From Vicugna vicugna (Eukaryota), in the NCBI GenBank assembly GCA_013265495.1, contig MU057796.1, forward strand, positions 682,001-746,000: DNA of 64,000 nt. The letters run 5' to 3'. The notes beneath the pieces were generated by a model, which saw only the letters and a list, made by a program, of their open reading frames with translations, searched no databases and had not been told where the DNA came from. Below, piece after piece: positions 55,230-64,000 of the stretch. How positions within the stretch are numbered: the first letter of the stretch is position 1; each line of letters opens with the position of its first letter. Made by a program: the position numbers and the translations under genes.

Positions 55230-57860
55230 ACTGAAAATAAGTCCATAATCCAAAATCACATAACTAACAAGGAAATAATTCATCATGAGACAGAAAAAAA
55301 ACTATTACAAAAGTTCTGGAAAATTGGCAAAACAATCAAAGATTTGGGTTTGTATAAATATAAATAAAATAACAGATTTAAAATTCAATGTTACCTAAAA
55401 GCACAAAAGATAGAGGTTAAGCAGAGAATTAATAAACAGAGGACTTTATTTCACATATCATATATAATACTGTAGCAAAAGATAAAGAAATGGAAAACAT
55501 GAAAGTCAAGTAGAGACACAGAAGACAGAATGACTAAACTCAACTAACGTCTGTTCAGTTTTCCAGAGACAGATAATAACTGGAAAGACTGAGAGAAAAT
55601 ATTAAAAATTAAATGGCTGAAATATTTCCCAAATTGCTGAAAGATACGAATTTCCAATTTGCAAATGTACAACACATACCAACTAGGACAAACAGAAATA
55701 AGCCATACCTAATAACACAATAAAACAGCAGAAAACCAAAGATAAAGATGTGTTCTCAAATGCACAGACAGGACAGATTTCCTAAAAGTAAATGATAATT
55801 AGATAAACTAACGACTTTTCAAAAGTAACAATAAACAATAAACAACCATTTACATGGCACTTACTACGAGCCAGCACTGTTTAGGCCCTTACAAAAGTTA
55901 ACCTATTTAACTGACAAAATTTAAGCCTCATAATCTCATAATGTAGGTACAATTTTAAATTTTTATTTCTCTGATAAGAATATTGAGGAACATTGAGGTA
56001 AAGCAATATTCTCAAAGGCACATGGCAAAGAACTTAAACTTGCATTACATACTTAATTAAGTTATCCCTTAAGGATAAGACATTTTTACAAACAAATATT
56101 TAGTAGACTCAAAAAGCTTCTTATTAGAAGAATTAAAAATATATATACTTTTGGAAGTAAGAAGTTAAATCTAAAAAGAAGGAATGGTAAACAAAGAAAG
56201 TGGTAACCATTTAAGTAAATCTCAACGAAGCTTAAGTATAAAAAAAAAATAAAATTTAGAAATTACCTAAACAAGGGAAAACTAAACTTTGGACACTACC
56301 ATTATTTATTCTAATTCAGTTCATTACTTACAGATAAAGGGACGATTTTCTAGATATATAACAATTCCAAATGTGTAGACACCTAATATGTAATATAGAA
56401 ATGTGTAAAGCAATGCTTGGCACAAGACACATATCAACAAATTCATCTTAACCATGAGATATTTAGCATTTTCCTCTCTAAATCACTGGTGAACTAGATT
56501 TATTTTTAGTTTTTAACTTTGTGGATGAATAAAACAATGAATTAACCTTCTTATTTACTAGTAATACATGGAACCTTGTACCAAAAAATTAGAGTAAATA
56601 TTCTTCTCAATCACGCACAAAACTTTTTAAAAAATTGACTATGACCTAAGCCTAAATGCAAGTCTCACCAAATATCAAAGTTCAGGATCACAAAATGTTT
56701 CTGTTGAACAAAATATAATTAAACTAGAAATTAATGATATATTCCTCTAAGAAATATTTGAAGACTTAAAATTTATTTGTGCATAACTAATGAGTGAAGG
56801 AAGAAAAACTCATGGGAATCAAAATATTTGAACTGAGTGATAATTACAAAAATACCGTCTAGCAAAACTTGTGTAGTTCGCAGATAGTGATTTTGTAGCA
56901 CTAAATGCTACATTAAAAAGCATTAAAAAGGATTGAAAAATAATGAACTAACCATTCATTCAACTCAAGAAGTTAGGGAAAAGAACAACAAATAACCAGA
57001 ACATGATCATTTTGTGTCTCTGAATCAATGAACTGACTCCTACAAAGATTTTCAATGGATGATAAACCATTAGATAAAAAGTTGACAGAAAACGGAATTG
57101 ACACAAAGGTAAAATAAATTCCACAGATTATCTGCTGGTGACACTTTCCATCGGTGATCAATGTTAACGCTATTCATCATTAGACACCCAGGCCTTTGAT
57201 GTGATGCAATGAGAAACACAGAGCATTGTTCTTAAAGTTTTCTTGCAAAGAAGTGTTTTGGCATCTAATTAATTTATTCAAAATTAATCAAATACAATTT
57301 TTACACCTAGACTTCCAATTTAGAGGAAATGCCAAAATGGACAGTAAGGAACAAGTCAAACAATCCCCACAAGGAAATAATTATGCTCACTAAAAAAAAA
57401 ATTAGATGTTCTAAAGGAAAATTGATCCTGTCTCTTCAAAAAATTAATATCATAAAAAAAAAGAGAGGGGGAGGAATGTTCTACATTAAAATATTCTTTA
57501 GAGAAATGCCATATATTGTCACTGATTGGATCATGGTCTGTAGAAACTAGTTTTAAAAAGCATTGTCTCAACTAACTGGAAACATCTAGATAATATGAAA
57601 TAATATCATTTTAGGGAACTATTATTTATTCTGTTAGATGTGATAATGCTATTTGTGGTTATGTAGAAAAGTCTTTTAATTTTAGAGACACATTCTAAAA
57701 TAATTACAGGTATCTTGTTATGTTATCTGTAATTTATATTTAAAAATTTATCAAAAATAGATGAAACAAGTTATTTAATTGTTAAATCTAGGAGGGAAGC
57801 ATTTATAATTTTCTTCTTTTTTTGTATGTTTAAATTATTTTATAATAATATTTCAAAGAT
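55230..57860 (+). mobile_element. Highly degraded old L1ME-like region (ORF1/ORF2/3' UTR remnants) with a MIR fragment at about 55840-56030
   Basis: A-rich strand with 'aatggctgaaatatttcccaaattgctgaaaga', 'caagtctcaccaaatatcaaag', 'aactcaagaagttagggaaaagaacaacaaa', 'ttagatgtgataatgctattt'. Confidence 0.55.
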
Positions 57861-58949
57861 AAAAACCAAAGGAAATAGAAGCAGTCTTATGGCTCTACTA
57901 TTGTGTGCTTTAGAAGATGCTAACAGACCTCTGCCTGTGTTTGCCCCAGTCTCACCTAAGGATGCTTCCTAATGTTGCAAAATGTATGGCACCAAACGAC
58001 TCAGGAGCAGAAGTCATTCATCCTTCAGCAAGTGTGACATTCTGCCTAAACAGAAGTCCTGCTAGCGATCTTGACACTAATTGAACCAGGAAGTTGATGG
58101 TCATGCACCTCTTCCTCCTCTGGTTTTAAATACAGCATTCCAACATCAACTTTGAGTCAAGCAAACCTGGACAGCTCCTACTGAAGATAACCGAGAAAGC
58201 CAGGGAGACAGTCTGGGATAAAATTAAAAGCAATTTCAACTCATGAAAGCAATTTTCCTACCCAGTGTTATCAGTGCTGACTTAGTTTAAAAATGGCAGA
58301 ATGTTCTTTTCCGTCTGTCCCGTTCCATCCAGTTTCTGAATTTTACCCCAAAGAAATTGCCATTCCTCTTCCAGAATACAGAAGAATTGGATACTAGATT
58401 AGCAAAACTTAAGCAGCTCAATTCCATGTTCATTTATTAGAGTCTCATCCTACTCAAAGGGGATTCAATAAATGTTGTGGGGAATCATAAACAGGCAAGC
58501 TCTACAAGAAAGCATAAGTAACAGTGAGAGAGGAATACCTTGAGCACTAAAGGCAAACTGTGCTATGGAAATTCAGGGAAAAGTTGCTATCTAAAGACGA
58601 AAACATGAGGGAAGCTATGAGTAATGGTAGTTTTGTTTCCACCTTATTAATCCTTTCATTTCTTTCTCTTGCTAGGATCTGACTAGGATCTCCTTTTTCT
58701 GTTGAATAGACATGATGGTTGTGGGCATCCATAAGTTGTTGCCAATCTAAAAGGGAAAATTTCCTAGTTTCTCCATTACGTATGATGTCGCCAAAGCCTT
58801 TTTAAATTCTTGGTGCCTGTAATCGATGCTATTAGTCTCCATCCAGGTTCTTCCCATTGAACCAGTCAGTGTAGCCATCCCTCAGCTACTGGAAATTATT
58901 GACAAAGTTTACAGCTGCCCCTTTCTACAAAGAATGACCTTTAACCAAA

Positions 58950-59290
58950 CTGGAGCCACTGGGCAGCCCATGTCTAATCAATGATAGACATAGACTTACA
59001 AAAACTGACCACTTTGTTAATAGCAATGAGGCATTGAAGAAAATGGCAAGTTCATAGTCATTAACCAGCAATCTAAGACACAGTGTAAGAGTCAAAAAGT
59101 CTCCCAGGCAGAATTTAAAAAAAACAAACAAACACTCATTTCCTGCAGTGAGGGAACAAACAAATCTGAAGGCCAGATACAGAATTTGTGAGAGTACTGG
59201 AACTTCAGAGAAGGCCAAATTCTCCTTCCCTGGGCCAGGGCCCTGATAATGAAGAAGTGGGATTTGGAGATTTGGGACGGGGGTACCTAA
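58950..59290 (+). mobile_element. ERVL gag relic
   Basis: 'gagagtactggaacttcagagaagg' (RVLELQRR) and 'agggccctgataatgaagaagtgggatttggagatttgggacggg' (RALI.K.WD.E.WDG). Confidence 0.6.
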
Positions 59291-62200
59291 CCTCAGTTTC
59301 TCAATACATGTGCCTGTCTGCAGACAGCTTTGGTGTCCTCACATAATGGCAGCTGGCTTCCCACAAAGTGAAAGCTCTAAGAGATTACATGGATATGCAA
59401 TACTTTTCATAACTGAGTTTTGAAAACCACATACCATTAATTCCACAATATTGTGTTGGTCACAGATTTCAACTCCATTCAGTGTGGATGGGGACTACTC
59501 GATGCCAGGGGTCACTGGTTGCCGTCTTGGAGGCTGGCTCCCACAGACCACCCTTTGGCCTCAAATAATCCAAGTCTTTCCTACCTGTAACATCTATTTA
59601 TTCCCTGCCTACAGGCCTTGAGCATCTCATATTATTACAGCATCAGTTTGAACTCCATAAACCTTATCATCTAAATTAAGTACAAGTGTGTATGAGCTTC
59701 CTTGAGTGTAGTTTCTGAAGACTTGTGAACTGAGACAAGCTGTCTGGTCCACACACCCATCACAATAGTAAGGGAGGGATAGAATAATCACAATAATCTC
59801 ATCCAAAACTGGTAAAAGAGGAGGTATACAGGAGCTTTGGGCCCCTAGCATTTCTGAAACCTAGAAGGACACATGGGACATATGTTGATAGTTTCTTGAT
59901 TAGGACTTGAGTCCCAGGGATGATTCACCGTAGTTCTGGGTCTGCCCTCTGAGCTCTGGACTCTTTTAGTCATCCTTCCTTTTATTATGACAAGTATTGC
60001 TAGGACTTCCAAGATTATGTTGAATAGGAGTGCTGATGGTGGGCAGCCTTGTCTTGTCCCAGATTTCAGTGGGAAGCTTTTGAGTTTTTCACCACTGAGT
60101 ACTATGCTGGCTGTAGGTTTGTCATATATAGCTTTTATTATGTTGAGGTATGTTCCCTCTATCCTCTGGTGAGAGTTTTTATCATAAATGTGTGTTGAAT
60201 TTTATCAAATGCTTTTTCTGCATCTGTTGAGATGATCATGTGGTTTTTGTCTTTTCTCTTGTTGGTATAATGTATTACATTGATTGATTTGTGTGCATTG
60301 AAACATCCTTGTGTCCCTGGGATGAACCCCACTTGATCATGGTGTATAATCTTTTTTATGTGCTGTTGGATTCTGTTTGCTAACATTTTGTTGAGGATTT
60401 TTGCATTTATGTTCATTAGTGATATTGGTCTGTAATTTTCTGTTTTGGTAGTGTCTTTGTCTGGTTTTGGTATCAGGGTGATGGTGGCTTCATAGAATGA
60501 GTTTGGGGGTATTTCCTCCTTTTCAGTCTCCTGGAAGAGTTTGAGAAGGACTGGTATGAGTTCTTCTTTGTATGTTTGGTAGAATTCCCCAGTGAAGCCA
60601 TCCAGTCCTAAACTTTTATTTGTAGGGAGGTTTTTTATTGCTAATTTGATTTCATTTCTAGTGATCGGTTTCTTCAAGTGGTCAGTTTCTTCTTGATTCA
60701 GTCTTGGTGGACTGTGTGTTTCCAGAAATTTGTCCATTTCTTCTAGGTTATACATTTTGTTTGCATATAGTTGTTCATAGTATTCTCATATGATGTTCAG
60801 TATTTCAGTGGTATTTGTTGTTATTTCTCCATTTTCCTTTCTTACTTTGTTTACACGTGCTCTCTCTTTTCTCTGCTTTGTGAGATAAGTGCCTATCAGC
60901 AGATGAATGAATAAAGAAGATGTGGTGTATATACAATGGCATACTACTCAGCCATAAAGAAAGAATAATTCTGCCCTTTGTAGCAACATGGATGGACCTG
61001 GAGAATATTATGCTTAGTGAAATAAGTCAGAGTAAGACAAATACTGTATGGTACCACTTATACGTGGAATCTAAAAAACACTACAGATAAACACATAAAG
61101 CAAAACAGAAACAGACCCACAGATGTAGAAAACAAACTAGTGGTTACCAATGGTGGGGAGGGGCAAGATAGAGGTGGAGGATTAAGAGACACAAACTACT
61201 ACATACAAAAATTAATAAGCAACAAGGATATATTGCACAGCACAGGGAATTATAGCCATTATTTTGTAGTAACTTTAAATGGAGAAAAATCTATAAAAAT
61301 ACTGAGTCACTATGTCATACACCTGAAACTAATATAATATATTGTAAATCAACTAAAATTCAATAAAAAATGGAAATTAAAAAAAAGTGTCTCATGTTTA
61401 CAGCTGGGTAGTTTTCTCAGCTTTCTTCCTATATAAATCTAAGAATTCAAACTCCAATTTTTGTTTTTATTGTCTCTGATCCTTGCAGTCCTAATTGGTG
61501 CTGTTTCCACAAATACAACTATTTTTAAAACTTTGTGGGTCTCCTGTGAATCTTATCAGAGTTTAATATATTAGAACATAGCCACACCATGGGTGTCTGT
61601 GGATAAGTATTTTTCTAATTGGACTTCCCAACGAAGCTGCTGAAGTATAATACACTTTAGACTTTTAGAAGCCCTTCTGTTTAAAGTAGAAGTTCTATGA
61701 GACATATTCTTTAATCCTTTAGAGGGTGTTTTGCCTGATTGATTTCTCTCAGGATTTTACAGTCATAGTCTTCTTTTCACCTTTAGACCATTTCTTTCCT
61801 GACCTTTCCTTGTATTTAATATTTGCCTGGAAGCCATTTCTTAACTTTTACATCATTTGTCCTATGGAAAGCCCAGGAATTCTCCAAACCAGAAAATCTT
61901 GGATCTTATATGCTTAGCAATTATTTCTGGAGCATCTCTCTCTCCTCTTTCATTTTACTCCAGGCGACAAGCAGCAGCCAGCTGGCACATTCAACACTGT
62001 GCCTGGAAATTTTCTCAGCTAGCTCACCACATCACTCAGGGAAATGTCTACTTTCCACATTACTGCAGGAGACAGCATCCCACCCAGGGATCCCTTTCTG
62101 TGTAGTTTCCAGTATTTTTCTCACTTTCCTTTTCTCACTTTCCCTTCTCACTTTCTTTTTTTTCATTTTCCTCACTGTTCGTCTCCTTGGAACCATCAGG

Positions 62201-62858
62201 ATTCCAATAAGAGTCTCTTTGCTGCCATTTAGGCTCTCACTAACATTCCTTTGACAGGCCTACTTTTTACACATTGCTTAGTCTGAAGGCAATTCCTACA
62301 TTTTTTAGATTTTTGTTAGAGTAGCACCACACTCCTGGTACCAAAATCTATAAGAATTATCTATCACTACATAACTTCACCTTCAAACTTAGTGATTAGA
62401 ATACAAATAATCATGTATTACCTCTTTGATTTTCAGGCAAGAATTTGGGTGCAGCTTGGCTGGGCAGTTCTGGCTGAGGGTTTCTCTTGAGGTTCAGTCA
62501 GATGTCAGCTGGGACTCCAGTGATCTGGAGGCAGGAATTGGTCTGAGGCATCCACTCCAGGATGGATTGCTCACATGGCTACAAGTCAATGCTGGCAGTT
62601 GGAGGAAGGTTTCATTTCTTCTCTAGGGGGCCTCTCCACTGGACTACCACCCTGCTCAGGGCATATTAGCTGACTTCTCCCTGAGGGAGTGATCCTAAAT
62701 AACCAAAGCAGAAACTGAAATACCTTTTATGACTTAACTTCAGAAATCACACATTGCTGCCTCTGCAGTATCTTATTGGTCACACAGCTTAGCCCTATTC
62801 ATGGTTGGAAGGGATCACATAGGGTCATGGGCAGGCATCTTTGAGGCTGGCCACCACA
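59290..62858 (-). mobile_element. MaLR (MLT1-type) provirus: LTR about 62347-62858, internal region, partial LTR about 59290-59545
   Basis: The two LTR blocks share motifs and end 'ggaggctggctcccaca' and 'gaggctggccaccaca'. The internal boundary 'gcaccacactcctggtaccaaaatc' at about 62325-62348 is typical of MaLR internal sequence. Confidence 0.7.
59995..61386. mobile_element. L1 with inverted ORF2 segment (minus 59995-60885) and sense 3' UTR plus poly-A (60886-61386)
   Basis: ORF 60159..60755 is 198 aa of ORF2p ([10 protein letters not shown]...[10 protein letters not shown]...[17 protein letters not shown]). Then plus-strand 'gatgaatgaataaagaagatgtgg...caataaaaaa'. Confidence 0.9.
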
Positions 62859-62959
62859 GACACACTTCACATTCATCAGACTTTCCATACTTAGATTTTT
62901 ATTTACTGAATAAGACTAGGAAGTAGGAACAGTCAAGTGGAAGCATCTGAGACAGCCCC

Positions 62960-64000
62960 CTCCAGCTGAGACAAAACGTCAAATATAATATTACATCCTA
63001 GGGGAAATGTCAAAGAGTAGTTCCACACTAAAAGACATAAAGGATGCTGGGGTAATGATTCCCAGCATACTCCTGATTTAATTCACCAGTCTGGTCCTTC
63101 CTTCCCCAAGCTGGATGGGTAAAGGTAGATGTCAGGAGATTACTGCAAACTTAGCTAACGTGCAGCCCTCGCTGCAGCTCTGTGCAGGCGGTGGCATCTT
63201 CGCTGCAGCTGACTAATATAACTTTGGGTATGTGGAATATGGCTATGACGTCATACATGTGTCTCTTCAATGCTCATCTGGAAGTAGGATCAGAGATAGT
63301 GCACATTCACATAGGATGGATGTCTGGCCCCCAAAACTGTATTCATTTTGCTGCTCTCTGTTGCTACACAGCCTCAAGAGATTGGGACTATTCCACAGAA
63401 GAAATGCCACAGACGATCACATGGGTACAGTATGTTGACAATGTATGATCTATCGCCGCATAACAAAGGACGCCCAAACGTAGTGACTTAAAGTAACAAT
63501 TTTATTATCTCACATAGTTTCTCTTGGTCAGGAATTTGGGAGCAACTTGGCTCAGAAGTTTTAGCTCAAGGTCCCTGATGAGTTTATAGTCAAGGTGTTG
63601 GTCAGGACGGCAGTCCTCCGATGTCTTGACTGGTGGTAGAGGCCCTACTTTCACATAGGTTCGCACACATGACTGGTGAGCAGGTGCTGGCTCTAGAGAG
63701 AACACCTCAGTTCCTCATTACGTGGATCCTCTCTTTAGGGCTACTTAGGTATCTTCATAACAGAGCAGCTGGCAACCCCTAAGACAGCAAGGAAGATGCT
63801 TTCATGGCCTTCCCTTGGGAATGATAGCTCTACAGATTGTGAAAGGAAATACACAAATGCAGGAGACACAGGAGGAGAGAATCATTGGTGACATTCCTGC
63901 AGGCTGACTACTACACATGACATCATGTTAACCAGACCCGGTAAGTAAGAAGTGGCAAGTCCTCAGGATGTCTAAAGAGGATAAGAGATCAACTCCACAA
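62960..64000 (+). mobile_element. ERVL pol (RT) relic interrupted by an LTR
   Basis: KD.KDAGVMIP at about 63030-63065, FNSPVW at about 63077, DY.KL at about 63137, QYVD at about 63428; resumes as DIML...IN.T at about 63919-64000. Confidence 0.7.
63442..63915 (-). mobile_element. MaLR solo LTR (MLT1-type)
   Basis: 'gcataacaaa...tagtgacttaaag...tttattatctcacatagtttct...ggtcaggaatttgggagcaactt', ending 'ggctgactactaca'. Confidence 0.8.

Noticed and set aside
60159..60755. 198-aa reverse-transcriptase-related ORF as a novel RT system
   Set aside because: Ordinary L1 ORF2p fragment, frameshifted near 60165 and lacking both ends.

Overview
Repeat-dense, AT-rich mammalian DNA. It is most likely camelid, inferred from two tRNA-Ala-like SINEs of vic-1 type and a shared young L1 3' end. 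I recognise no intact protein-coding gene. The two main unique features are processed pseudogenes. A TMEM268 retrocopy (minus strand, about 20781-23426) has a 14-bp target-site duplication (TSD), a retained CpG-rich 5' end and two apparent alternative-3'-splice-site extensions. A JOSD1 retrocopy (plus strand, about 28551-31705) is embedded between L1 fragments. The rest is L1 of several ages, MaLR/MLT1 LTRs including one LTR-internal-LTR provirus, ERVL gag/pol relics, MIR, L2, MER58 and microsatellites. I do not see a new multi-gene system. The most interesting observations are a chimeric 296-aa ORF rescuing the frameshifted TMEM268 copy, fossil splice isoforms, and three short locally templated duplications. 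Family and gene names come from recognition by eye and from remembered sequences, not from database searches.
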